Assembly: GCA_963729715.1 (NCBI GenBank)
Contig: CAVSPA010000004.1
Coordinates: 128,001-192,000, forward strand
From: an uncultured delta proteobacterium
GTDB lineage: Bacteria > Desulfobacterota > Syntrophia > Syntrophales > UBA2185
Reading direction: 5' to 3'
DNA length: 64,000 nt
Every line of letters begins with the position of its first letter. Position 1 is the first letter of the stretch. The position numbers were made by a program, and so were the translations under genes. Below are positions 52,291-62,200 of this stretch, one piece after another. The notes beneath the pieces are model-generated. The model searched no databases and had not been told where the DNA came from. It saw nothing but the letters and a program-made list of their open reading frames with translations.

Positions 52291-52851
52291 CTTGTCACCT
52301 CCACCGAAACGGTTTGGATCGGTTAAAAAACATTCACATCCGACAGGCCTTGCATCATGTAAGTAATCAATATAGTGCATCCAGAAAATCCCGATGTCAA
52401 GATAAATGCTAACAGATAAATGCGACAGAAAAATGCGTTCCAAGCACTTGAAGAAAAATCATTGACTTTTATTTCTGATGGGAATAAATTTACGGTCAAG
52501 TCATGATACTATGGGCAGCCTTGGATGAGCTAGTTGTCCAGTTGATATGAAAAAAATGTTCATAATGTCGTCAGGGGGTTGGCGTGATCAAGGATCTTAG
52601 TATCAAGGACAGAAATTACCGGCCTTTTGATCAGAGTTTTGTCACCAGCCGGGGAACCATGAAAGAGCTTGTTGGTCTGGTCCGGCTGTGTACGACGGCG
52701 TTGCGTGTCCAAACATTCCGTTCCGTATTATAAGGATATCATTCTACCCTTAAAGGACAAAAAAGCGGGAACTGAAAATTCGTTTGAAATAATTCCATGT
52801 AAAATCGTGCCCGCTATGTTTTTATAAACAATATAGAAGGAGGTAAATTTC

Positions 52852-54693
52852 ATGAGCTCATTGTATTTGTTGGTTGGCGCTTTATGCACCTTTGCTTTGG
52901 CTTATCGTTATTACGCGGCATTCATCGCAGCCAAGGTGATGATGCTGGATGACCGGAATATCGCACCCTCCATCTCTTGTAATGACGGCCAGAATTTCGT
53001 TCCCACCAACAAGTGGGTTGTCTTCGGCCATCATTTTGCTGCCATCGCGGGAGCGGGACCTTTGATCGGACCGGTTCTGGCCGCGCAGTACGGCTGGGGG
53101 CCCGGTTTTTTCTGGATTCTGCTGGGCAGCGTCTTTGCCGGCTGTGTCCATGATATGATCATTCTCTTTGCCTCATACCGCCACCAGGGCCAGTCTCTGT
53201 CGGTCATCGCCGAAAAGGACGTCAGTAAGCTCACAGGCGGCGTCACCGCGGTCGTAATTCTCTTTATCATCATTGTCGCTCTCGCCGGCTTGGGTGTGGC
53301 CGTGGTCAATGCCCTGTTCAACAACCCTTGGGGCGTCTTCTCAATTGCCATGACGATTCCTATCGCAATGTGCGTCGGCATCTACATGTTCAGGATCAAA
53401 CCCGGGGCAATCCTTTCCGGATCCATCGCCGGGTTTATCTTGGTCTGCGCAGCCGTCTTCGTGGGGCCCTATGTCGCAGACTCCAGTTTTGCCATCTGGT
53501 TTACCTTCAGTAAGAAACAGGTGTCCGTCCTGTTACCCCTCTATGGTTTCCTTGCCGCTGCTATTCCCGTCTGGCTCCTGCTTGCCCCGCGGGACTATCT
53601 CAGCACCTTCATGAAGATCGGCGTCATCGCTGCCCTGGTGATTGGCATGTTCTTCGTGAATCCGTCGATAAAGATGCCCTTCACGACGGAGTTCATGCAC
53701 GGCGCTGGACCCATCATTCCCGGTCCTTGGTGGCCCTATGTGTTTATTACCATAGCCTGCGGTGCCATTTCGGGATTCCATGCCTTAATCGGCTCCGGCA
53801 CGACCCCGAAGATGATCGAACATGAGACGGAAATAAAAATGATCGGCTATGGCGCCATGTTAACGGAAGCTTTGGTCGCCGTAATGGCTCTTCTCTCCGC
53901 CGTCTGCCTCAATCCGAATGACTATTTTGCCATCAATACCTCTGCGGCCGTATATGCGAAATTACAAATGTCCGTCGTTGATTTGCCCATCCTCAATCAG
54001 TTGGTCGGGCTGGACGTCTCTCATCGCCCGGGGGGCGCCATCTCCCTTGCCGTGGGCATGGCCCATATCTTCGCGAATATCGGCGAGGGTCTCCGGCATA
54101 CGATGAAGTACTGGTTCCAGTTCATCATCATGTTCGAGGCTCTGTTCATCCTGACGACCATCGACGCCGGAACCCGCGTGGCCCGGTATATCCTTCAGGA
54201 TATCCTCGGCTATGTCTACAAACCCTTCGGTAAGAAAGACTGGATCCCCGGTTCCATTTTAACCAGCGCCATCGTCTCCCTGTGCTGGGGTTATATGCTC
54301 TACACGGGCGATATCTCGTCCATCTGGCCGATGTTCGGCGCCACGAACCAGGTCCTGGCGTCCTTGGCCCTGGCGATAGGAACCACGGTCATCCTCAGGC
54401 TATGTGCCAAGAAAAGCTACGCTCTGATTACGTTTGTTCCCTGTGTTTTTATCACAATCACCACTTTTGCCGCCGGGATCATGAATTGCCAGACCTACCT
54501 GGCAAAAGATCAGATGTTGAACGCCTGGCTGAGCATTGGGATTCTCATCCTTGTGGTCATAATCATGGTGGAAAACGTCCGAGTGCAGATAAAGCTGCTC
54601 AAGACGGACAAGCCTATCGGCATGAATGTCGACCGTGGCGTGGTTTACTGTCCGGAGATCCCCGCCGGTGCGCCACCCGATGCGAGACCGTAA
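52852..54693 (+). CDS. cstA: Carbon starvation protein A family transporter (pyruvate/peptide)
   Basis: FGHHFAAIAGAGPLIGP, PRDYLSTF, TIACGAISGFH, FILTTIDAGTRVAR, WPMFGATNQ; RBS AGGAGGT. Confidence 0.95.
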   Translation: MSSLYLLVGALCTFALAYRYYAAFIAAKVMMLDDRNIAPSISCNDGQNFVPTNKWVVFGHHFAAIAGAGPLIGPVLAAQYGWGPGFFWILLGSVFAGCVHDMIILFASYRHQGQSLSVIAEKDVSKLTGGVTAVVILFIIIVALAGLGVAVVNALFNNPWGVFSIAMTIPIAMCVGIYMFRIKPGAILSGSIAGFILVCAAVFVGPYVADSSFAIWFTFSKKQVSVLLPLYGFLAAAIPVWLLLAPRDYLSTFMKIGVIAALVIGMFFVNPSIKMPFTTEFMHGAGPIIPGPWWPYVFITIACGAISGFHALIGSGTTPKMIEHETEIKMIGYGAMLTEALVAVMALLSAVCLNPNDYFAINTSAAVYAKLQMSVVDLPILNQLVGLDVSHRPGGAISLAVGMAHIFANIGEGLRHTMKYWFQFIIMFEALFILTTIDAGTRVARYILQDILGYVYKPFGKKDWIPGSILTSAIVSLCWGYMLYTGDISSIWPMFGATNQVLASLALAIGTTVILRLCAKKSYALITFVPCVFITITTFAAGIMNCQTYLAKDQMLNAWLSIGILILVVIIMVENVRVQIKLLKTDKPIGMNVDRGVVYCPEIPAGAPPDARP

Positions 54694-54716
54694 TTTCAAA
54701 AATAATGACTTCAAAA

Positions 54717-54744
54717 GAAGGGAGGATCCAAGGATCCTCCCTTC
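54717..54744. terminator. Perfect hairpin between cstA and the Cys-Sec ORF
   Basis: GAAGGGAGGATCC-AA-GGATCCTCCCTTC; no strong U tract on the + strand. Confidence 0.55.
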
Positions 54745-54760
54745 GCTATTTAAAAAAATT

Positions 54761-55045
54761 ATGATTGCGGTTTCCGACAAAGTCCGTGACTACCTTTTAA
54801 AAAAAAGTGGGGCTCTCCACCTTTTTAACATGCGTCCTATTAGTGTGTGTTGAGGGCGAATCAATTTTTGCCCCTCCGTGCGAGCGGGCAAGCCGAAAAA
54901 TATCAACTACTATGAGGTTCAGATTATCAACAAAATCTATGTTTACCTGCCGCAGGATTTCTTGTCGCCTTACCCGCTCACAATTGAACTACAGAACTGC
55001 CTGGGCATCAAAATGCTGCATCTCGCGGGCTGGAAACTCATCTGA
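54761..55045 (+). CDS. Candidate small selenoprotein with a Cys-Sec motif (94 aa)
   Basis: MIAVSDKVRDYLLKKSGALHLFNMRPISVC-[TGA 54851]-GRINFCPSVRAGKPKNINYYEVQIINKIYVYLPQDFLSPYPLTIELQNCLGIKMLHLAGWKLI*; SECIS-like hairpin at 54868-54891. Confidence 0.75.
54868..54891 (+). promoter_or_regulatory. Candidate bacterial SECIS element
   Basis: TTGCCC-CTC-[CGTGC]-GAG-C-GGGCAA stem-loop; loop begins 23 nt after the UGA with G at loop position 2. Confidence 0.55.
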
Positions 55046-55208
55046 TTTTTACACCTGCTCATGTCCATACCGTGAAAGGCTGAAAGGAATATGAAATACT
55101 CTCAGTTTCTCAAGTCGTTGGAGATTCTCTCCGACTGATTGACCAGTAAATATTCTTTCTTGGCTCTAATGCGTGGTGGTTCGATTATGGGCCATCCGCT
55201 TCGGAAGC

Positions 55209-55697
55209 ATCAAAATTTTGGTACTGAAGTGCGGCAGTTCGCCTATGAAATATTCGCTCTTTGACACCTTCCAGAAAGTCAATACCGCACGGCCAAACGG
55301 AAAAGATGATCAAAGAAACACTAAGACGATGAAAGGCGCATTTGAGTTAATGCTTGACACGGTGACCGATCCGGCTGGCCTGGCCATCAGCAAACTGAGT
55401 GACCTCAATGCAATTAGCCACCGGCTTGTTCACGGTGGCGCGGCCCCTGTGAATACGGTGCCTACCAACGAAAACATCATCAAGTCGATCTGTGCGTTCT
55501 GCGACCTGGCGCCGCTGCATAACCCGTACAACTTGGCGGGCATTGAGCTAATGCGGTGACTTCTACCTTCCATTCTGCAGGTGGCTGTTTTTGACACTGC
55601 CTTTCACCAGGCGATGCCCATTCATGCTTGTACCTAAGCCATTTCGGATGAGCTCTGTGAAAAAGAACAGGTTCGTCGTTATGAGTTCCACGGTACC
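55209..55697 (+). pseudogene. ackA: Acetate kinase remnant
   Basis: One frame reads KILVLKCGSS.MKYSLF, SHRLVHGG, LAPLHNP, VAVFDTAFHQAMP, RRYEFHGT, with stops TGA 55557 and TAA 55635; the C-terminal half is absent. Confidence 0.85.
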
Positions 55698-55750
55698 AGA
55701 AACATGGCTGCATTAAGGACGGTACAAATGGCGGAACTCTAACTCTGCAT

Positions 55751-55948
55751 GTGGTAAATGTTCTGGGGCAGGTCAAGGTGGGTCCGGATGCCGTAGAGTT
55801 TGTACGCAATCGCGTGCAGCTGCAGGATGAACATATGGCGGAGATATGGCAGATTTTTGGATACAGAGTGAGAGGTGTCTTGCCGCTTTTTGAGACGGAA
55901 GTGAGAGGCGCGAAGATGCTTACCAGATTGACGGAGCACCCTTTTGCG
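55751..55948 (+). pseudogene. C-terminal fragment of an ArsA/GET3-family ATPase
   Basis: VN...EFVRNRVQLQDEHMAEIWQIFG..VRGVLPLFETEVRG resembles ArsA C-termini; no Walker A upstream. Confidence 0.55.
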
Positions 55949-55967
55949 TCTTTAAATGTGCCGATAT

Positions 55968-56957
55968 TTACAAGCGTCGATGCGATAGAATATCAGGATT
56001 GACGAGGTTGGGAGGGACTTTGCCGCTCAGGCCGGCGATGAGATTTTCTACTGCCATCTTGGCCATCCTGAAACGCGTTTCTAGTGTCCCGCTCCCCACG
56101 TGAGGGAGCAGGATAACATTATCCAATTCCGCCAGACCGGGTGTGAGGGCAGGTTCATTTTCATAGACATCCAGACCGGCGCCGCCTATCTTCTTTTTTT
56201 TCAGCGCCTGAAGGAGAGCCTTTTCATCTACAACGGGACCTCTCGATGTGTTAATCAGATAAGCCGTAGGTTTCATCAGCGACAATTCTTTGCTGCCGAC
56301 AAGATGCCTCGTCTGATCAGAGAGAGGGACGTGAAGGGATATGAAGTCCGATTGCGAAAGCAATGTTTTCATATCCACGTATTTTGCCATGAGTTCCTTT
56401 TCTTCGGATCTGCTCATCCTGCTGCGGTTGTGATAGAGGATGGGCATACGGAAACACTTCGCCCTTTGCGCCACGGCCTTGCCAATTTTTCCCATACCAA
56501 TGACCCCGAGTGTCTTACCCGTAACTTCACGACCGAGAAAGAGCATAGGCGCCCAGTATCGGAAACGTCCTTCCCTGGTCATCCTATCACCTTCCACGAG
56601 CCTCCGGGAGATGCCCAGGATCAATGCAAAGGCGAGTTCCGCAGTCGCATCTGTAAGCACACCGGGCGTGTTTGAGACAGGTATTCCCCGTCTCGTGGCT
56701 GCTGTCACATCTATATTATTGTAACCAACGCCAAATTGGGCGATCATTTTTAAATGATCGGCCCCGTCAAGTACCTCCTCATCGACAGTATCCGTTATCA
56801 TGGAGAGAAGGCCCTCTTTATCTTTGATCCCATCAAGAAGTTTTTGCCTCGCGAAAGGCTTGTCTTCAATATTTATATCGGCCTCATATTTCGTCGCGAG
56901 GCCCGTCATGATATCTTGCGGGAGGTGTCCTGTGACCAGTATTCGTTTCTTCATCAC
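55968..56957 (-). CDS. D-isomer-specific 2-hydroxyacid dehydrogenase (glyoxylate/hydroxypyruvate reductase)
   Basis: GVGYNNID, NTPGVLTDATAE, GMGKIG, INTSRG, LDVYENEP, PHVGS. Confidence 0.92.
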   Translation of the reverse strand: MMKKRILVTGHLPQDIMTGLATKYEADINIEDKPFARQKLLDGIKDKEGLLSMITDTVDEEVLDGADHLKMIAQFGVGYNNIDVTAATRRGIPVSNTPGVLTDATAELAFALILGISRRLVEGDRMTREGRFRYWAPMLFLGREVTGKTLGVIGMGKIGKAVAQRAKCFRMPILYHNRSRMSRSEEKELMAKYVDMKTLLSQSDFISLHVPLSDQTRHLVGSKELSLMKPTAYLINTSRGPVVDEKALLQALKKKKIGGAGLDVYENEPALTPGLAELDNVILLPHVGSGTLETRFRMAKMAVENLIAGLSGKVPPNLVNPDILSHRRL

Positions 56958-57146
56958 TGCCTCAATAATTAATGATTTGATTTTGTGAAAGACACTCTAG
57001 GGGTTTATACACTATTTCTGCATCTTGCGAAAGCATGATTTGTCGTGGGATGGCGGAGCCGTCATGGGAGGGAGCTTGATTTAAACGATAAAATATGACA
57101 GTCTGAATAAGAATAATACGGAAGTAACAGGCAGGCTTTTAGATAT

Positions 57147-58508
57147 ATGGACTACCGGGTTATAATAGTAGGCTGCGGCCCGGCGGGTATATTTACCGCG
57201 CTGACGCTTATGGAAAACGGCATCGATGGCGTAGTCCTCCTTGACCAGGGCAACGATCTCGAAAAACGTGAACGGGGTGCGGTGAGAGACGTGCTCTGCG
57301 GATGGGGAGGGGCCGGTGCCTTCAGCGACGGCAAGCTCAACATCTCTACGGAGGTAGGGGGATACCTGTCCGAGTTTCTCGAAAAGAACGCATTAACGGA
57401 GCTCCTGCACGGTACGGACGGGATTTTTGTCAAATATGGTGCGCCGAACCGCATCTTCGGCGAATCAGTCATATCGGTCGAGGAAATCGCTGATCAAGCC
57501 CGTGCGGCGGACCTGGAATTTATTCCTACGGTTATCCGCCATATAGGCACGGAGAACTGCAAGCGCATTTTAAATAACATGCGAAAAGCCTTCGACGGTA
57601 AAGTCGAAGTCAGGACATGCAGCCAGGTGCAATCATTGCACGCAGAAGAGGGAGCAATCAGAGGTGTGAAACTCGCCGGTGGCGAGATGATAAAGAGTGA
57701 TTTCGTTGTTGTTGCCCCCGGGAGGGTGGGCGCCAACTGGATGAAGGGAGAGGCAGATGCGTTGGGACTTACGACAATGACGAGTCCTGTAGACATCGGC
57801 GTCCGTGTAGAGTTGCCGGCGACGATTCTCAAGAGAATTACGGACATCACCTATGAGCCCAAGCTGATTTTCTATTCAAAAACATTTGATGACAAGGTCC
57901 GCACCTTTTGTATGAATCCCTACGGAGAGGTCGTGATTGAGGAAAGCGAGGGCATCACTACCGTAAATGGGCACAGCTATGCCAGAAGAAGGAGTGACAA
58001 CAGCAATTTTGCCATTCTCGTAAGCAGTACCTTTACGGAACCTTTTCGTGATCCCATAGCATACGGCCGTTACATTGCGAGACTGGCAAACCTCCTGGGA
58101 GGCGGTGCGATAATTCAGAGGCTGGGAGACCTGCTCGCCGGTAGGAGATCCACGCGGGAGCGGATTGACCACTGTGTCACAAGACCTACACTCCTTAAGG
58201 CCACGCCGGGTGACCTGAGTTTCGTATTTCCGTATCGTCATTTGCAGAGCATTATCGAGATGCTTCAGGCTCTCGATAAGCTTGCTCCGGGAGTTTTTTC
58301 TCGGCACACGCTACTGTATGGGGTGGAGGTTAAATTTTATTCGAATCGTATCGAAGTATCGCCGGAAATGGAAACAAGGGTCAAAAATCTTTTTGCCATC
58401 GGTGATGGAGCCGGGATCACGAGGGGCTTATTGCAGGCAGCGGCGAGCGGCGTATTGGCGGCGAGGGCTATTTCGGGGCGAATATCGAGGATTAGTCCCG
58501 GCAAATAA
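57147..58508 (+). CDS. FAD-dependent oxidoreductase (COG2509-like)
   Basis: VGCGPAG, GGAGAFSDGK, DIGVRVE, RTFCMNP, GDGAGITRG. Confidence 0.85.
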   Translation: MDYRVIIVGCGPAGIFTALTLMENGIDGVVLLDQGNDLEKRERGAVRDVLCGWGGAGAFSDGKLNISTEVGGYLSEFLEKNALTELLHGTDGIFVKYGAPNRIFGESVISVEEIADQARAADLEFIPTVIRHIGTENCKRILNNMRKAFDGKVEVRTCSQVQSLHAEEGAIRGVKLAGGEMIKSDFVVVAPGRVGANWMKGEADALGLTTMTSPVDIGVRVELPATILKRITDITYEPKLIFYSKTFDDKVRTFCMNPYGEVVIEESEGITTVNGHSYARRRSDNSNFAILVSSTFTEPFRDPIAYGRYIARLANLLGGGAIIQRLGDLLAGRRSTRERIDHCVTRPTLLKATPGDLSFVFPYRHLQSIIEMLQALDKLAPGVFSRHTLLYGVEVKFYSNRIEVSPEMETRVKNLFAIGDGAGITRGLLQAAASGVLAARAISGRISRISPGK

Positions 58509-58530
58509 GATTGAATTCGGTAGCGAGCGC

Positions 58531-58553
58531 ATTCCCCGTAGCTTGCTGTGGAG
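58531..58553. repeat. REP-like palindromic element, copy 3
   Basis: ATTCCCCGTAGCTTGCTGTGGAG, flanked by ATTGAA (58510) and TTCAAT (58557). Confidence 0.5.
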
Positions 58554-58626
58554 AGCTTCAATTGCGTGTTTCAGTCAGTACATTTCCGCCGTGTGCATGG
58601 CTAATTTTCCCTAATCAGGAGGCGAA

Positions 58627-60138
58627 ATGAAGATTGTTGTTAAGAGAGGAGAGATTACCGGGTTCAGAACAGAGGCGGCGATTGTGCCTTGCTTTGAAGG
58701 TGGAGGAGAACTTCAGGGTAAAGTGCGGCTTCTCGATAAGAAGAGCGGCGGATTGATAAGAGAGATAATCGGCGCGGGCGATTTTGAAGGCAAGCATCTT
58801 CAGGTATCCGTGACATATACAGGAGGAATCATACCTGCAAAGCGCATTGTCCTCGTAGGTGTCGGTAAAAAAGTGGATTTTACTACGGATAAATTGAGGG
58901 GCGCCTTCGCGATAGCGGCCCGGTACGTAAGATCACTCAAGATTAAAGAGTGTTCCACATCCCTGGATTTCATATTTCTCAATAAACCGCTTGCTGAGGT
59001 AGCCAAGGCTCTTGTAGAGGGTGTCTCCCTGGGCCTTTACCAATATACATCCTTTAAGACGATCGACAGGGATAAGATAGGAGCGGTGAGAGAATTTGCA
59101 ATAATCGAGGAAAAGGAAAAGGCGTATGAAATTGTCAAAGCTGCAGCGAAGGAGGGGGAGATTATCTCATGCGCCGTATCCTTCGCGAGGGACATGGTCT
59201 CCGCACCGGGAAACGAAATGACGCCGACGGACATGGCTCGTGAAGCACGTAAGATCGCCAAGAGAAAAAATGTTAACCTGAGGGTGCTCGATGAGAAGGA
59301 AATGAATAAGATCGGCATGAGCGCCTTTTTGGGCGTTGCCAAGGGAAGCGAAGAGCCGGCGAAGTTCATCATCCTTGACTACCGGGGAGGTAACAAGTCT
59401 GATCCGCCCGTTGCTCTGGTCGGCAAGGGATTGACCTTCGACAGCGGCGGCATATCAATAAAGCCATCGGAGAAGATGGACGAGATGAAATCCGACATGG
59501 CAGGGGGCGCTGCGGTCATGGGCGCCATAATGGCGGCGGCGGATTTGCGTCTCAAAGTCAATGTTGTTGGCCTGGTACCGGCTACGGAAAACCTCCCTGG
59601 CGGAAGGGCGTATAAGCCAGGCGATATTCTAAAATCATTGTCGGGTCAGACTATTGAAGTCTTAAGCACGGACGCAGAAGGCCGCCTGATTCTGGCCGAT
59701 GCGCTCACGTATGCGGGAAAGTTCAAGCCGGCGGCTATTATTGATCTTGCCACATTGACCGGTGCCTGCGTTATTGCCCTAGGCGATCACGTGACGGGAA
59801 TGATGGGAACGGATAAGGGGCTCATGCGTAAGATCCGGAATGCGGCAGATGCCACAGACGAGAAGGTCTGGGAGCTCCCTCTATGGGAAGATTATCATGA
59901 AATGATAAAGAGTGATGTTGCGGATTACAAAAATCATGGCGGCAGACCCGGCGGGGCAATAACAGCCGCTGCATTTCTAAGCAAGTTCGTAGGCAACTAC
60001 CCGTGGGTGCATTTAGATATAGCAGGTCCGGCATGGCTTACGAAAGACAAACCCTATATCCCCAAAGGGGCTTCCGGTGTTGGTGTCCGTTTGATGGTGC
60101 AATTCCTGAAAGACTGGCAGAAACGGAGCAAGAGTTGA
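58627..60138 (+). CDS. pepA: Leucyl aminopeptidase (M17)
   Basis: VGKGLTFDSGGISIK, MKSDMAGG, STDAEGRL, DLATLTGA, WVHLDIAG. Confidence 0.95.
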   Translation: MKIVVKRGEITGFRTEAAIVPCFEGGGELQGKVRLLDKKSGGLIREIIGAGDFEGKHLQVSVTYTGGIIPAKRIVLVGVGKKVDFTTDKLRGAFAIAARYVRSLKIKECSTSLDFIFLNKPLAEVAKALVEGVSLGLYQYTSFKTIDRDKIGAVREFAIIEEKEKAYEIVKAAAKEGEIISCAVSFARDMVSAPGNEMTPTDMAREARKIAKRKNVNLRVLDEKEMNKIGMSAFLGVAKGSEEPAKFIILDYRGGNKSDPPVALVGKGLTFDSGGISIKPSEKMDEMKSDMAGGAAVMGAIMAAADLRLKVNVVGLVPATENLPGGRAYKPGDILKSLSGQTIEVLSTDAEGRLILADALTYAGKFKPAAIIDLATLTGACVIALGDHVTGMMGTDKGLMRKIRNAADATDEKVWELPLWEDYHEMIKSDVADYKNHGGRPGGAITAAAFLSKFVGNYPWVHLDIAGPAWLTKDKPYIPKGASGVGVRLMVQFLKDWQKRSKS

Positions 60139-60144
60139 CGACGT

Positions 60145-61125
60145 ATGGGGATGCTTCTTGAAATCAAAAACCTCAGTACCCATTTTCATACAGACTTTGG
60201 CATAATAAAAGCTGTTGATCGTGTCGATCTTGCTATAGATGAGGGGGACACACTGGGGATCGTCGGTGAGTCCGGTTGTGGAAAAACCGTGCTTGCCCTG
60301 TCTATTATGCGGTTGATCCCTGACCCACCCGGCAAGATCGTCTCCGGCAATGTCTTCTTTAATGGCGTGGATCTACTAAAGCTCGATAGTGCAGAGATGC
60401 GCAGGATCAGGGGCAAGGATATCTCTATGGTTTTCCAGGAGCCAATGACGTCACTGAATCCTGTCTTGCGTATTGGCGATCAGATCACAGAGATTATAAG
60501 GCTGCATTTGGGGCTGGGAGGGAAAGAGGCCGTGGGCCGTGCCGTGGAAATGCTCTCGCTTGTGGGGATGCCTTCACCGGAGACAGTCGTCAGGAATTAC
60601 CCCCATCAGATGAGTGGCGGCATGCGTCAGAGGGTCATGATAGCCATGGCGCTATGCTGCGGTCCCAAGCTTATGCTTGCAGATGAACCGACAACGGCCC
60701 TTGATGTGACTATCCAGGCCCAGATTCTGGAACTGATAGGAAAGTTGAAACAAGACATAGGAACGTCGGTAATTCTGATTACGCATGATCTGGGCGTAAT
60801 AGCCGAAGCGGCAGAGCATGTGGCCGTAATGTACACCGGACAGGTTGTTGAATACGCCTCCGTCGAGAACCTCTTCTCAGCGCCGCTCCACCCGTATACA
60901 GTGGGTCTCATGGAATCGATTCCGAAAATTGACGCTCCTTGGGGACGGGATACATATCTGAAAGTGATACCCGGCGTTGTTCCCAGTCTTCATAATCTTC
61001 CTCAAGGATGCACATTTCAGGACAGATGTTCCCATACAATGCAAATTTGCAGGGAGGAGGAGCCGCGCTTGAAGGAACATTTGCCGAGACACAGGGTCCA
61101 CTGCTGGCTTTATGAAAAAAAATGA
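60145..61125 (+). CDS. Oligopeptide/dipeptide ABC transporter ATP-binding subunit (OppD/DppD-like)
   Basis: [40 protein letters not shown]-terminal Cys motif. Confidence 0.92.
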   Translation: MGMLLEIKNLSTHFHTDFGIIKAVDRVDLAIDEGDTLGIVGESGCGKTVLALSIMRLIPDPPGKIVSGNVFFNGVDLLKLDSAEMRRIRGKDISMVFQEPMTSLNPVLRIGDQITEIIRLHLGLGGKEAVGRAVEMLSLVGMPSPETVVRNYPHQMSGGMRQRVMIAMALCCGPKLMLADEPTTALDVTIQAQILELIGKLKQDIGTSVILITHDLGVIAEAAEHVAVMYTGQVVEYASVENLFSAPLHPYTVGLMESIPKIDAPWGRDTYLKVIPGVVPSLHNLPQGCTFQDRCSHTMQICREEEPRLKEHLPRHRVHCWLYEKK

Positions 61126-62096
61126 TGATGGTCTTGGTCGATATTCAGGGAATAAAAAAATACTATAACGCCCGAGCCGAATTCATCGCGAAAGAACGGG
61201 CCTCCGTCAAGGCTGTTGACGGCGTGTCCCTCCAGATATACAGTGGCGAAACTCTGGGGCTTGTGGGCGAGAGCGGTTGCGGGAAATCCACGCTCGCGCG
61301 GCTGATTCTGAGGCTCGATCTGCCTACGGAGGGCAGGATATTCTTTGGTGGTGAAGACATCTTCAAATTAGCCGGCAAAGATCTGAAAGCCTACCGCAAG
61401 AAGGTTCAAATTATATTTCAGGATCCATACGCATCTCTGAATCCCCGAAGAACGGCGGGGAGCACCATCGGGGAACCACTCTTCATCAATCAGATCGATG
61501 ATCGTGAGGGAAGAGCTCTTGAGGTCGCCCGCATTATGGACATCGTCGGTTTGACAAGGGAGCAGAGGGATAGATATCCTCATGAATTCAGCGGCGGTCA
61601 AAGACAGCGTATCGGTATCGCCAGGGCCATTATTCTGAAACCACAATTGATCGTTGCCGATGAGCCGGTTTCCGCACTGGATGTGTCGATCCAGGCTCAG
61701 ATCTTGAACCTTCTCAAAGATCTGCAGAAAGAATTTAATTTGACCTACATATTTATTTCGCACGATCTTAGTGTGGTAAGGCATGTGAGCGACAGAATTG
61801 CGGTGATGCATTTCGGTAAGATCGTTGAACTGGCAGATAACCACGAACTCTATGAGCATCCTCTGCATCCGTATACTGTGGAACTTCTGTCAGCTGTGCC
61901 CGCGCCTGATCCCGGAAGGAAGAAGCGGTCGATGCGGGAGAGAGGGGCCACAGGCGCGCCCAACGGTCAAGGAAGATGTCCATTTCATCCCCGGTGCCCC
62001 GCGAGGATTGAGATATGTGAGAAGGACGAGCCGAAATTGATAGACAGGGGCGGCGGACACTTCGTGGCATGTCATACGGGCCATAGGGAAGGATAA
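61122..62096 (+). CDS. Oligopeptide/dipeptide ABC transporter ATP-binding subunit (OppF/DppF-like)
   Basis: [47 protein letters not shown]...HFVACH. Confidence 0.92.
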   Translation: MMMVLVDIQGIKKYYNARAEFIAKERASVKAVDGVSLQIYSGETLGLVGESGCGKSTLARLILRLDLPTEGRIFFGGEDIFKLAGKDLKAYRKKVQIIFQDPYASLNPRRTAGSTIGEPLFINQIDDREGRALEVARIMDIVGLTREQRDRYPHEFSGGQRQRIGIARAIILKPQLIVADEPVSALDVSIQAQILNLLKDLQKEFNLTYIFISHDLSVVRHVSDRIAVMHFGKIVELADNHELYEHPLHPYTVELLSAVPAPDPGRKKRSMRERGATGAPNGQGRCPFHPRCPARIEICEKDEPKLIDRGGGHFVACHTGHREG

Positions 62097-62200
62097 GCCG
62101 CATCCATTATCAGTTACGATCGTGAATCATCGGCTTGTGACTATTGAAGGACTCTATGCACATTGGATGAGAATGGGAACGAGTTATAATCAGCAGAATG

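Noticed and set aside
52696..52728. Possible LytTR direct repeats (GCGTTGCGT / CCGTTCCGT) upstream of cstA
   Set aside because: 20-bp period and weak match to the consensus; no LytTR gene in the window.
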